A stretch of 64,000 nt of DNA from the human T2T-CHM13v2.0 reference genome, Homo sapiens: assembly GCF_009914755.1 (NCBI RefSeq), contig NC_060931.1, one strand, 5' to 3'. The notes below the pieces were generated by a model. It saw nothing but the letters and a program-made list of their open reading frames with translations. It ran no database searches and was not told where the DNA came from. Shown here one piece after another: positions 13,182 to 27,450 of this stretch. The first letter of the stretch is position 1. Each line of letters starts with the position of its first letter. A program made the position numbers and the translations under genes.

Positions 13182-14248
13182 AGTGCCAAAATCTTAACAG
13201 ATTGCTCACCAAAGAAGATACACAGATAGTAAACAAGCACATGAAATGATGCTCCACATAATATGACATCAGAAAAATGCAAATTAAAATAACAATGAGC
13301 TATTACTACACATGTATAATAAGCATGACTATAATCCAGTACTGCCTGTACCAAATGCTGGCAAGGATGTGGTTCAAAAGGAACTTTTATCTTTGCTGGT
13401 GGGAATGCAATAGAGTACAGCTATTTAGGAAGGCAGTTTGGCAGTTTCACAGAAAATGAAACATAGTTTTATCACAATCCAACAATCATATTCCTTGTAA
13501 TTCCTTTCCTTTCCAAATTCCTTTCCATATTCCTTTCCTAAATATCAAATCTATCCCCCAAAAGTGTGAAAATCTATGTCTGCACAAAAATGCACAAATA
13601 TGTTTATTTGTAATTGTCAAAATTTTGAAGCAATCAAATTCTCCTATAGCAGGTGAATGGATAAAACTTGGTACATTCAGACAATGGAACATTTGTCAGC
13701 ATTAAAAAGAAATTATCTGTCAAGCCATAAAAAGACATGGAGGAAACCTAAATGCATATTTTTAAATGAAAGAAGCCAATCTGAAAAGGCTACATACTGT
13801 ATGATTCCAACTGACGTTCTGGAAAAGCCAAAACTATGTGGACAGTTAAAACATTGATGGTTGCCAAGGGATGGAGAAAAGGGAGGGATGAATACGTAGA
13901 GCACAGAGGATTTTTAGGGCAGTAAAAATACTCTGTATGATACCATAATGGTGTATACATGTCATTATAGCTTTGTCCAAACCCATAGAATCCACAACAC
14001 CAAAAGTGAACACTAATGCGAGCTGTGGACTTTGGCTGATGGTGATGTGTCAGTGCAGGCCCATCAATTGTAATCGATGGAGCACTCCGGTGGGAAATGT
14101 TGACAATGGGAGAGGCTATGTTTACAGGGGAGCAGGGGACGTATGGGACATCCCTGTATTACACAAATCTCTGTACAATATTTTTCTCAATTTCCCAGTG
14201 AACCTAAACTTCTCTAACAAAATAAAAGTCTTAAACAGTTAAAAAAAA
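13182..14248 (+). mobile_element. L1MC1/2-like 3' end (its 5' stub lies at ~12205-12290)
   Basis: ccaaagaagatacacagat, gaaagaagccaatctgaaaaggctacatactgtatgattcc, gtagagcacagaggatttttagggcagt, ctaaacttctctaacaaaataaaagtc. Confidence 0.85.
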
Positions 14249-14445
14249 TTAACCTGGGTACAGTATTGTAACCTAAGCTACAGATTTGATTTGGATTTTA
14301 CCAGTTTTTGCCTTAATATCTTTCCTTCTTCAACATTCAATTCAATATTCCTTTGTTGCATTAAATCATCACCTCTCCTTACACTCCTGCAATCTGTGAC
14401 AGTTTCTCAGTTTTATGCTGTTTTTCATGAACTTCACACTTTGGT
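14249..14445 (-). mobile_element. L1MC4-like 3' UTR, right part (continuation of 10432-10555)
   Basis: ttaacctgggtacagtattgtaacctaagctacagatttgatttggattttaccagtttt...caatctgtgacagtttctcag follows the left fragment in the recalled consensus. Confidence 0.65.
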
Positions 14446-14843
14446 AAACTGTCTCTGTATTTGGGTAAAACAACATTTTAAAAATTTACAATGTGTGAAA
14501 TATATCTTGGAGGAGGAAGATTATATAAAAGGTCATTCATTATTTAAAGTTTTTGGTTAAGGTACACTTTTAAAAAATATAGTCACATCTATATGAGTGG
14601 TTTAGTTATGCATATTAAGTGTGGCTCTATTTCAGTGAGAATGCAACCCCACTTCATGAGTGATGCTGCTAAATGAGAAGGGAAGCGGAAAGAGTGAGAA
14701 CAATGCATTACCATTGACAGCACAGCACAAAAGCTGGCTAGGATAGCATTGTATTGAGTCCAGTAAAGGAATTGAAACTTAATTAGGTTGAAAGAGAATT
14801 TAAGTATCTGGGCAATTGTATCACTCCGATCTCTGTCAGTATC

Positions 14844-15240
14844 ACATTCATTTAACATTCCTAAAGTAATTTTTTGAGAGTCTATATTGACCCAAGTATT
14901 TTGCTAGACACCAGGGATATGATGGTGACTGAGACACCAAGGAAATAAAAGATTAGTGGGAAGACAGCTAAAAGAAGAGAATTCAACACAATTAGATAAA
15001 TTCTATTGTAAGGGCTAAAACAAATTTCTATGTGAACATATAAAAGACATGAAAAAGTTTTTTTGCTGTAGATAATTTAGAAAAAAAAAACCCTGAAACG
15101 TTTAAGAAAAGTAAAAGTTTACTGGAGAGGAAAAGTGAGGAACAGAAAGAACCTAATTTTGGAAGACGCTATGTTTAAATGGTTGTGGGGCAGGGTTGGG
15201 CAGTGCTGGGGTTAGGAAGTACAGGTCTAGAAATCTGAGC
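14844..15240 (-). mobile_element. L2 3' end, antisense
   Basis: cattcatttaaca...caagtattttgctagacaccagggatatgatggtga followed by purine-rich L2 body. Confidence 0.6.
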
Positions 15241-15250
15241 ACAGACCAGT

Positions 15251-15475
15251 TTAACATGTGATGGCTTGTCTGGGACAGTCTCAGTTGGCTTTCCTCATGC
15301 CTAGCTGATCTGTGCCCATTTTCCTTCAAGTATCCTGGTGTGAATGAGAGATTGCATAACACTCTGGAGAGAATACAGGTTATTCTTTGTGCATATTAAG
15401 GGGATATGGACTTGATTGGGTGAGTACAACTAGAAGTAGAAGAAGGTACAGGAGTCTCCTGACATCTTCATTTTG
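15251..15475 (+). repeat. Inverted repeat, left arm (225 bp)
   Basis: Reverse complement of 17191-17415; 9 mismatches and no gaps by manual alignment. Confidence 0.97.
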
Positions 15476-15664
15476 GTTGGTTGAGCTTGAGGCTCTTGTG
15501 AGACATTCATGCAGAAATAACCACTGGATAATTTAACATAGGACAATATTGAGAAATATGTGGGTGTGTGTGTGTATAGAGAGAGAAAGAGACAGGGAGA
15601 ATCAATTAAAAGTAGGGTGCATCCCAGAGAACATTGGGATACATAATGATTAAGCAAACAGATT

Positions 15665-15780
15665 TCTATTCTGGTTAATTACATCTTTAGTTCCTCATCT
15701 ATAACTAGGGCTAATATTAGTCACTTCTCGGTGTTGTAAAGATGAAATAAAATAGTATATAAGCACCTATATCCCGCAAT
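15665..15780 (+). mobile_element. MIR fragment
   Basis: agttcctcatctataactagggctaatattag...tgttgtaaagatgaaataaaatagtatataagcacct. Confidence 0.65.
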
Positions 15781-17190
15781 CAATGTCCATATATAGAGAG
15801 ATATATAGCTATTAAAATTTATTCATATTTATGTATTTATTGCTAAACATACATGGCTACCATTCATTTTCCTGTGTCACTGTAGTAGAAGAAAAAGGGG
15901 CGCTCTCAGAAGAACACTTTACGTGAGGGCTATATTATGTCATCAGGTAACTAGGGATTTGAAGTGATGGACTTCTTCCTTTTAAATTCCCATAGGATAG
16001 TTTAGGGTAGGCCAGTTTGCCTGAAAGCAGAATAAGCAGAGGAGAATAATAGACCCATGAAATTGTGTTTTCCTTTTTATTTGTGAGAAGTTAGAATTCT
16101 GCCTTTGTTTATGCTGTATCTGTGTGTCGGGCCTTCAGGGATCTTGAAGATTCTGGGTCTTCACAGTGGCCGTAACACCCTGTGCTAGCTAAGCCTGTAA
16201 TAGCATGCTTAATAAGGCTTAAAAAGAATGACCTGAATTCCTCAAACAAAACAAACTCTATTCAGAGGTGGCATATGGATTTTTCTTTCAAAAGATAAGC
16301 CAAGAAGAAGTAGATGATTAAAGGCAAAATAGATCCACAGGTCACTAATGGTGTAGAGACATACAGAATTACAAAAAGCAAGAACTAGTTAACAGAATTT
16401 ATACCTAAAGGAAATAAAACAGGGACACACAGCCACACAGAGGTTGAGCAAAAAGAGCCCCTGTCTTCCTTTGGTTGCTCACTAACAAGGGAGCCTGGTG
16501 TTGGATGCTGACTCAGCGACTGCAGAACTTGGGGAAACTGGGTCAGGTGTGCCTTCCCTAGCAGCTATAATGACTCCACAAAAATTAAACCTGAAGAAGT
16601 CGAATTAAGAATTCAGACATTTCTATAGGTGAGCTTGAGCATTCTTTCTAACAGTAATTTGCTAAGAAGTAATTTATTTAACCCTAGGAATTTGGTAGTC
16701 TCATTTTGGGACCAAATGTCTTTTCTGTGGAAACTCCACGATGAGCATCTTCTCACTGGTGCCTCTCCCTAGAGAATCAGGGCTGGGAGGCATGAGGCAG
16801 GGAAGCCAGATCAAAACAGCCAGTGTTCCTAGGAGGAATGCTCCAAATTTATCCTTTCCAAATTTATTTATCTATTTCATACAGCTAAGAAGGGTAACAA
16901 GTGCGCAAAAGTTGGGAACCTTTCAGCCAAGTCTCTCTCTGCCTGTGTTTATAAAATAATAAATAAATAAAAAGAAGTATTATTGCGACAAAGCCCTGCC
17001 CATTGATTACACCTTTTCTATCCATGTTTTGATGCTGCTGCCATGGGGGAACTGACCATGCAGCCTCTACTGCCTGGAGTGTTCACTTTCTGTCCCTTTA
17101 CAGAAGTCTGAGCCTCCTCAAACTACACTAACTGGTTTGTTAAAAGACAGATGTGGGCCAGGAAGCCAATCCAGCTTCTTTCAGCTTCAT

Positions 17191-17415
17191 CAAAATGAAG
17201 ATGTCAGGAGACTCCTGTACCTTCTTCTACTTCTAGTTGTACTCACCCAATCAAGTCCATATCCCCTTAAAATGCACAAAGAGTAACCTGTATTCTCTCA
17301 AGAGTGTTGTGCAATCTCTCATTCACACCAGGACACTTGAAGGAAAATGGGCACAGATCAGCTAGGCACAAGGAAGGCCAGCTGAGACTGTCCCAGACAA
17401 GCCATCACATGTTAA
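17191..17415 (-). repeat. Inverted repeat, right arm (225 bp)
   Basis: caaaatgaagatgtcaggag...gccatcacatgttaa is the reverse complement of 15251-15475. Confidence 0.97.
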
Positions 17416-17559
17416 GTGTTTAGGAAAATGGATGACAGAAAGACTGGGGAATCAAGAACCAAATGACTATTTTTTTTTTCTTATGACCAGGAGACCCTTC
17501 CATGAGGAAAACATGGGGGAGAAAATTCATTCTTAACTTTAAAAGTTTAAACTAATTTT

Positions 17560-18110
17560 AAACTAATTTATGCAAACTTGTATAGCATAAAAATAAAAAA
17601 AAAAGGTCTTACAGTAAATTATTCTTCTGAGTCTGTCCCCCACCTCCCCAGAGACATTCAGAGTTGTATGTTATTTATGTCTCTTCCAGAATTAATGTAT
17701 GGCATGGAACACACACACACACATGCAACTATATTTATATATATATATCTGAAAACAAACACATTTTAGGCTACTTGATATTCTGCTGTAATAAAGTCCA
17801 ATTTTCCCTGCCCCATAATGATGTATTTTTAGATTTTTCTAATATATTTATTTTACAAAAAATGATGAATGGGATATTTTTGTTCATATAACATTCTGCT
17901 CATATGTGAGTATAGCTGTAGGATAAATTTCTAGAAGTGGAATTGCTGAGGCAAAGGGCATGGCATTTGCATTCATAATTTAAAGATATTACCAAATTGC
18001 CTGCAAGAAGTTTTCCACAATTCAAACTATCACCAGCTCTGTAGGAAAGTGGATTTTTCCCTGCACACTCACCAACACGGCATTTCACCGCAAATGTGAA
18101 TCAATGCCAA
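17560..18110 (-). mobile_element. L1ME-like fragment, antisense
   Basis: ctgtaggataaatttctagaagtggaattgctgaggcaaaggg...gatattaccaaattgcc...cactcaccaacac. Confidence 0.7.
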
Positions 18111-18465
18111 CATGAACGATGAGCAGAGACCCCTTTCCTGCTGCTGCGAAGGCAGTGTGCCTCCATCTTCCATGATTTTATCTATCATAGGAAAAACAGG
18201 ATTTAAATGTAAAAGTTGGACAAAATCACCCATAACAGACTATTTTAACCCAGTTTAGGAGGTTGTTAAAATTGGTATGGACAGAATGTCTGGATGGAAA
18301 GAAATTCTGAATAAAATTTTAAAAACCCTGAAGAAGTATTCCTTGAAAAGTTTAAATGTGCCCTGAAACACATCCGGGTTATAATAAATGATAGAGCGTC
18401 CAAGAGAATGTAGAAGGCACATTTGTATTGAATGTCTGCGTTTTAGTATGATTATGTTTGCAATC

Positions 18466-18875
18466 CTGTATCATCAGGGTTTGAACAGTAAAATAGAGGC
18501 CGCTCTTTGTGTACAAGGAATGAATGATTTTAAAGAAGGGACTTAGAGATTTGTACAACAACTGGAAGGGCTGCAGAACTGCAGGTCGGGAGGTCATCAC
18601 CAAAGTAGGTGACTCTGCAGATCTGGCCTTAAAGCACCCTGGACAGTTCACCAGCTCAGGCCAAAGCACTCATACACAGCATTGTCAAGAAACTCAGCTG
18701 GGTTGCTTTACAATTTAGGCCTGTCCCATCTGCTTGCAAGTGTCTCTGTAAAATGAGTCTCTTCTCCTCCATCTTCCTCAGTGGGTATAAGAGCTTCTCA
18801 TTGGACATATCAACCTTAACCCATATGGTGAGTGGAATTCAGGAACTGTTGTTCTCAACTTTGGGGTAACACAAT
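18466..18875 (-). mobile_element. Ancient ERVL-type LTR remnant (LTR33-like)
   Basis: Terminal-like tgtatcatcagggttt and the motif ttaacccatatggtgagtggaattcaggaactgttgttc. Confidence 0.4.
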
Positions 18876-19404
18876 TTTGGAACCATACTGTGAAACTGAT
18901 TTTTTTTCTCTTAACATTGTATCATGAACATTTCCCATAGCTTTTAATATTTTATGAATATTTTATAAACATGATTTTTATAGGCTGTTTTATCCTATGC
19001 AATATTGTCAGATTTTTTTCTACTAAAAATAATTTTGCAAATTATATTCTGATATATGACGTTTGTATATCCCTGATGATGACCTTCTTGGCTATTCCTA
19101 AAATTGAAATTAAGGAATTAAAAGGAAGATATCTTTTCTAAGTAGAAAATAATTCAAAGATTTGGATCAGAATAATTTATAATTCCCTTACGTGTATCTG
19201 TAAATGATTGTTATCCTTTTAGAAACACTATATATTTTCATCAAAATAATTTAAAACACATATATAAACACACAAGACATGATGCTGCTAACTTGATAGA
19301 GAAATAATGGCATCCCATGTTGATTTAAATGTTTATTAATGAAGTTGAGCAAATTTCTTATACATGTTGCTTCCATTGCTCCAATATCTTAAAAGTACTC
19401 TGCC

Positions 19405-20463
<1,059 letters not shown>

Positions 20464-21145
20464 TAGCAATCCCATTACTGGTTATATATCCATAGGAAAT
20501 GAAATCTGTGTGTCAAAGAGATATCTGCACACCCATGTTTATTACAGTGCTATTTACAATAGTCAAGATATGGAATCAACCTAAATGCCTATCTACAGAT
20601 AAATGAATAAAAAATTACACACACACACACACACACACACCCAAACTAGAATACTATCCAGCCATAAAACAGGAGGAAATCCTGTCATTACAACAACATG
20701 AATTAACCTTGAGGACAACTATGTTAAGTGAAATAAACCAGGCACAGACAAATACCACATGATCTTAATTATATGTGAAATATAAAAAATGTTGATTTCA
20801 TAGAAATAGTAGCATGATGGTTACCATAGGCTGGGGATGGGAGGCTGGGGGAACTGGGAGAAGTTGGTCAATGGATGCACAGTTACAGTTAGGCAGGAAG
20901 AATAAATTCTGGTACTCTATTTCAAGGTAGGGTGGCTATAGCAAATAACAATGAATAATGCATATTTCAAAATGGCTAGAAGAGAAGATTTTGAATGTTG
21001 TCACCACAAAGAAATAATAAATGTTTAAAGTGACGAAGGTGGTAATCATCTTGACTTGATCATTACACTATGTGTATCTTTGAAACATCATCATCGTACC
21101 CCACCAATATCCAGAATTGTTTTCTGTCAAAAAATAAACATAAAA
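20464..21145 (+). mobile_element. L1MA (L1MA6-8-like) sense 3' segment
   Basis: tagcaatcccattactgg...gagatatctgcacacccatgttt...gctagaagagaagattttgaatgtt...ctgtcaaaaaataaa; contains (CA)n at 20617-20640. Confidence 0.88.
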
Positions 21146-22149
21146 CATGCTGTACTATAAATATTATCACGAAGTGTTGGGATAATTAATAATGAAATTG
21201 GATTTTTAAATGTCTGTTTCTGTTTTTTTGTGAAATGCTTTTCTTGCACATGATTCTCAAGCTGTTCCTTCTACTGAAAGTGATAGTGACAAGGGCATAA
21301 TCCCATTTCATCACTGATGCTGGTGAAACATGGCAGTCATTCTCAATGTGTGGGTGGAACTACAGTAGTGAGGAAAAATATATGTCCTCCCCCGAGAGAA
21401 TCTGGGGTGCCTTTCAAGGGAGTGTACAACCTCAGGGTTACACATTGTAGCTCCACAGCTTTGTATAGTAGCAGGTGTGCCTTGCAGGCTGTGTGCCTAG
21501 GAGCATGTGTTCCCACTACCAAAAACAAAAATAATATATATATTTTATATGATTCCACCTTCTTTTTGAGGCATGATAACTTTGTACATTTACTTATATG
21601 TATTCATTCAGTTGTTCTTAAATTATTAAAACATCACTAGGATTTCTTTAAGAGAGAATTAAGTTTTCACACCTTCTTTGCTGTACAGCTTTTGTTCAAA
21701 TTTGGGGAAGTGGAAATTAGTTCCAATATGATCAGGTTCAGTTGTTGAGCAATTAGCAGGAACATTTTTCAATATAGTTCAATTAAAGCTGTAAAATTTT
21801 TTGATTTTTAATATGATGATTACATATTAATGTAATATTCTTATTCCTGTAAGGAAATTTGGCTTTTTGGGATAAGCCAAAAAGATTACTGGGTGTCTCC
21901 AGTGGAAAATCATACATTGTATAGAACACACACTTTCACATTGCCTTTTATTACCTTTGAGCTATTACGTACTTTTGTAAGTTGTAAATACTTGCTAGCA
22001 ATGCAAAAGAATTCTTGTCTATAGATCTACAAATTAATTCTGTTTTCTGGAGGTCCATTAACTTCCCACTCAGGTATCCTGCCAGCCTCCCTTACTCCTA
22101 TGCCGAAAAAGGCAGTTGTGAGTCTACCTAAAATTGCATTTCCTCATCT

Positions 22150-22365
22150 CTCCTCTCTCTGTCTGTGTGTGTGTGTGTGTGTGTGTGTATATACACATAC
22201 ACACACACACGGCTATATTTACATATATAAAGACTTCTTTGAACCTATTATAACATTTTCCTGATTCCTTCATTAATAGAGAGTTAAAGTCTCTATGATT
22301 TGTGTGTGTATATATATATGTGTGTGTGCATATGTGTATATGTATATATATGTGTATATATATAT
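22150..22365. repeat. Compound (TC)/(TG)/(TA)/(CA) microsatellites
   Basis: Two clusters at about 22150-22210 and 22301-22363. Confidence 0.9.
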
Positions 22366-22589
22366 TTAAGAGTCATAATTCATCACTTTTGCAAATTGTA
22401 TTTTAGCATTCTATTTTATTATTTTTATTTTTCTGTTCTTGTGATAGAGTTATGAGTATGGTCATATGTCAGGAAAAGATTCAAATCTGTGTTTTGGGAA
22501 AGAGCTTCTTACTAATAATATCCATGCCATGGTTTTTATTAAGTTAAATGCAAATCAATAATTACAAAACAATTAAAATGATCCCATAA

Positions 22590-22733
22590 GCCAGTGTGGT
22601 GACACGTGTCAGAAGTCCCACCTACTCAGGAGGCTAAAGTGGGAGGACTGCTTGAGCCCAGGAGTCCAAGACCAGCTGGAGCAACATAGGTGACACCTTG
22701 ACTTTAAAAAAAAAAAAAAAAAGAAAAGAAAAA
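22590..22733 (+). mobile_element. FLAM (free left Alu monomer) with poly(A)
   Basis: gccagtgtggtgacacg...ggaggactgcttgagcccaggagtccaagaccagc, an A tail, and cccataa repeated on both sides. Confidence 0.85.
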
Positions 22734-23716
22734 CCCATAATGAAGATTTATCTAGAATCTCCCTCTGTACTGTTTCCAAACTATATTTGTGTATAATCAA
22801 AAACTAGATACCATTTTATGGACTCCCCTAAATGGCCCCAAAACTTACCATTTTCTATAGTTAGACTCCTACAAGAGTCATGGACAAGTATTTCCTAAAG
22901 TGAATTCAACAAGTGAGTTCACAGAATATAGATATTTTAAGACACTGAGGTAGAACCAAAGAACAAAAGAGAGTACACATACTCCTTAAGAGAGGGATAT
23001 ATACAGAAAGATCTCTATAAATAAGAACTATTTGGGAGATGCTCCATTCAGGAGAGGGATGCTTGAAGGGAACTTCATCGGCAGGGACTAGCCTCTTACA
23101 GTGGCAGGACAAGAAGACTGCCAAAGGTGCAGGGTGAAAGGCAGGCCTTTTGTTAGAACTACTATATGGGAAGGAGGGGCTTTGGGTCCCATACCTATTA
23201 ATCATAGCTGCAACTTCATTGTGTAAACAATTAAAAGAAGCAAATTAAAAATAACCTGTTGGTGAGACAACAGATTGGCAAAACGACTGAGGAAACCAGA
23301 CAAGAGCAAAAAGAAAAAATTACTTAGAGGAATTTGTAGAACGATGCACAGACAAATCGGGAAGATTTTTGGGTAGAAGTACAATCAGATTAGGCGAGAG
23401 AGAGAGTGACATTTGGCATGGAATTTGAAATTGGTCAATTTTATTTAGAGAGGGAGAAAGCCCATAGTCCTCTGGCAGAGTCTTGTTCCTTTAGGCCAAA
23501 GGCAAAGGCCTCAGGCAGCTGCAAGTCCCTACTCCACTACCTGGGGCTGACCCTGCCCAGGCTCCCCATCAGACCCTAAAAAGCAGACTTATTCCCCTTG
23601 GCCAACCTTTCCAGGGACAGGCAGGGCTGGTGCTTCATTTTCATGTCGCTCAGAAAACTGCAAGACAGTATCCTCACCATGAAGGTACATAATGCTGTCC
23701 TTTGTCCTCTAAGAAC

Positions 23717-23719
<3 letters not shown>

Positions 23720-23761
<42 letters not shown>

Positions 23762-23830
23762 CACTCTCCCTCCCTTCCTCCCTCTTTCTTTCTTCCTTGC
23801 TGTCTCTCCCTCCACTCTCTCTCCCTTTCT
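23720..23830. repeat. (CT)n / pyrimidine-rich tract
   Basis: Directly visible. Confidence 0.95.
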
Positions 23831-24056
23831 GCTTTTACTTTTCAGATAAAGTGACAATTGAGGGTTAATTCAAATCCCTCATTATGCAACATTATGCAAA
23901 TGTGTTAAGAACAACACCATGCTTGTTTGTTGTTTAGCTCACCTTTTGTTTTGATAGGACTTCCAGGACAGTTTCATTTGATCTTTCAGTAACACTGACT
24001 AACTTATGAGGCAACATTTAGATGCATTCAGGTCTTGAACAAGATTGCCATTTTCT

Positions 24057-24416
<360 letters not shown>

Positions 24417-24923
24417 CTATTTTTTTCTACTTCTGAACATGTCAGTATTTCCAATGCAAATAAATTGGAAATACTTTCTTGAAAGATGCAATTGTTCTTA
24501 AATTTATCCATTAACATACAAATAGTTATTCAGCATATATTTTGTGTTGGCAGCCCAACACAGTGCAAGTAAATTAAGCAAAATAGATGTTGTTTCTCAA
24601 GAAATTTATGTTCTTAATGATGCAAAAATAATAAAGAAGTAGTCACACAAATTAAAAACATAATTATAAGATGCTCTCAGAGTTAGTAAGCATTTGAAGT
24701 GGGAGAGGCATAACGATACCACATAGTTTAAAACATTTTCTATGTTATGTAACAAATTTCTTGGGAGACTTCCAGATAGGACAAGAACTCCATTTCTAAC
24801 CCAAGTTAATTTCTGCATGGCTGTATGGAAAAATGAGCACAAACAGCAATAGGGAAAAATCAGCTCATTACAAAAGCATTTTATAAGTGTATTCGGAGGG
24901 GAAGAGTAGTTGATAAAGATAAC

Positions 24924-25303
24924 TATATTAGTCCATTCTCATACTGCTGTGAAGACATACCCGATACTGAATAATTTAAAAAGAAAAGAAGTTTAATTGG
25001 CTCATGGTTCTGCAGGCTGTATAGGCTTCTGCTTCTGTGGAGGCCTCAGGAAACTTTCAATCATGGCGGAAAGTGAAGGGGAAGCAAGCATGTCTTACAT
25101 GGCCTGGCTGGTAGGTGGAAGAGAGAGAGCAGGGAGGTGATACGCACTTTCAAACAGCCAGATCTCCTGATAACTCTGTCAGAGAACAGCAAGAGGTAAG
25201 TCCACCCCCATGATTCAGTCACCTCCCACCAGGCCCCTCCTCCAACATTGATGGTTACAATTCGACATGAGATTTGGGTGGGGACACATACCAAACCATA
25301 TCA
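24924..25303 (-). mobile_element. MSTA-like MaLR solo LTR
   Basis: tatattagtccattctc...gagatttgggtggggacacataccaaaccatatca; 5-bp TSD ataac at 24919-24923 and 25304-25308. Confidence 0.92.
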
Positions 25304-26362
25304 ATAACCATGCATTTAGACGTGAGTTGTATGTGAACATTATTTTAATTGTGTGCAGCGGGGTAGGGGGAACAGCACGGTGGGTGACATACTTAATTCT
25401 CCTGGGCAGTCTCAGATTGAGATTTTAAAGAATATCAGCTCAATCTGCCAGTGGATAGCTTTGCTCAACATTGTGAATAACATGGTATTTATCTTCTTCC
25501 TGGATTATCTTCTTTTGGAAAATATCAGCTGTGAGTGAAGGCAGGTTGGGGAAAAGCACTAAGGCCTGGTCTCATCTACCAGGAAGGTTTCCCCCTCTGC
25601 CTTTTCCTTACTGAGTGAATTTACCAAGTCATGGAGAGGAAGCAAACAGCTGTGAAGGTGACAAATACCACACCTGCCCCTCGGCTTCTGGTGATCCCCA
25701 GGCAGTCAGCAAAGCCAGAGGAAACCTGTATGCTGGCTTTGGGGAGGCATTTGGGATGTAATGGATGCAGCCAGCCGTGAAATATTACAGATCATTGCTA
25801 TCCACATATTGTATTTTACATCTGGCTTAGGTAAACATCCTATTCTTCATTTGAGGCTTACCAATTAAAGGAGCTGAACCATAGATTACCATTGCCTTCC
25901 AAATGTATTTGTGGGCAGCAACTAGACCTGTGTGCATGTATGTGTGTGTGTCTGTGCTTGCTAAGAAAACATATTCCTGAATTCTTCCTAAATTACAGGA
26001 GACTGTCTTTTCTGAAAGCAAAAGCATTGAATTTTAGGTCATCCTTTTTCATGCAAATGAGACAGTTTTGGGAATGTACTGTGATACAGTTTGTACAAAT
26101 TTTGCTCTTTTTCATCAGTGTGAAAATAACACCCAGAGGCTATGGGTTTATGTAATGGCTAAGTCAGATGTGATGAAAGAAATAGATTAAGAATGTTGAA
26201 AAATAGCGTAAATATTTAGTTGCAGAAGGAACAAGATTTATATAGTTTCTGCTATAAAATTCTCCTGACTCATTTCAGTTCTAAGATCCCAGCTCCTCAT
26301 TCACTCTAGAATGCACATCTCAGTTTGATTCTGAAATATTAAGGCATTTTCATTTAGCAGGT

Positions 26363-27450
26363 ATTCATTCAACATATTATCTTCCAGGTACTGTGCTAGT
26401 TCTTGTAGATACCAAAGATGTTAAGACAGACACAAACCCTCCATAATTCCGTTTGTAGTCTGGAGAGAAAACAAAATTAAATAAGCAATTCCTTTAGAAA
26501 GTGATGTACTAAGTTTCTTGTATGGAAGGTGAAGTCTATTATGTAAGCCCATAGCAAAGATTGTTAACTCAGAGGAGAAAACTTCTGCAAGGCTTTGCAA
26601 CAAAGCCTTGAAAGCCTTGGAGTTTGGAAGAGCACCAAAGAAGACTGGGAAAAGGCATTTTTTTAGGCCAGTGTGATGACATGGATGTTCAAAGAAACAA
26701 AAACAAAATTGAATAAAACAGAATTTAAAGTCAGCATAGTAAGATAAGTTTGGAGAGGCATGTTAAGCAATTTGCAAGTTGTTTTAAAGGTAAAGGAAGG
26801 CCGTGTCAGGTGCCCTGTGCTTGTCACAATGCTCAGGATCCATGAATTTAGGAATGAGTTCTGCAAGAGCAGCCTGCAGAGGACGTGAAGAACAAGTGGT
26901 TAGAGACCAGCCCCGAAAAGCACAACAGGAGGATGTCCTCAGGAGCTCCAAGGGGAGAAAGGACTTCCAGAGGTCAAGGGTAGATGAGCAGTTCTGTGGG
27001 AAGGTCTAGCAAAATAGAAGAGCTACAATTTGTCCACTAGAATAATTGATTCCGAAGAATCAAAAGTCATCTCAGGAAGACAGTTTCAGCAAAGTGGCAG
27101 GGTTATGCGGCTAAGCCAAAGGGAAGGAGTCAGACATGTACCGAAGTGGAATGGAGGTGCACAGGGAGGAATGTGGGATGTAACTGAACACACAGGCCCA
27201 GAGAAGCCAGGTGGGGCCAATTCCAATGCACAGGGAAGGGAAAACTCTTCCACTGAGGAAGGCATATCTCAAATGAGATTGGTTCCAAAGCACATGTATG
27301 TCTGTGTCTGGGGATGTGAAATGGGAGCTCCATGTAGGTGGCTCCTCTTGTCTCTGTTAATAGAAAATCAGATGATCTCCTAAGAAAAACTATGAATATA
27401 AGTTGGAATGGAGAATTGAAGATATTGCAATTGAAATAGATTTGTGGAGG
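26363..27450 (-). mobile_element. L2 fragments, antisense
   Basis: attcattcaacatatt...ccaggtactgtgctag...aagacagacacaaaccct, with further purine-rich L2-like body downstream. Confidence 0.6.

Noticed and set aside
15251-17415. Inverted repeat interpreted as TIRs of a DNA transposon
   Set aside because: No TSD at the outer ends, no transposase remnant, and the spacer contains ordinary old genomic sequence including a MIR.
22800-23600. Possible ancient LTR
   Set aside because: Compositionally LTR-like, but I could not assign termini or a family.
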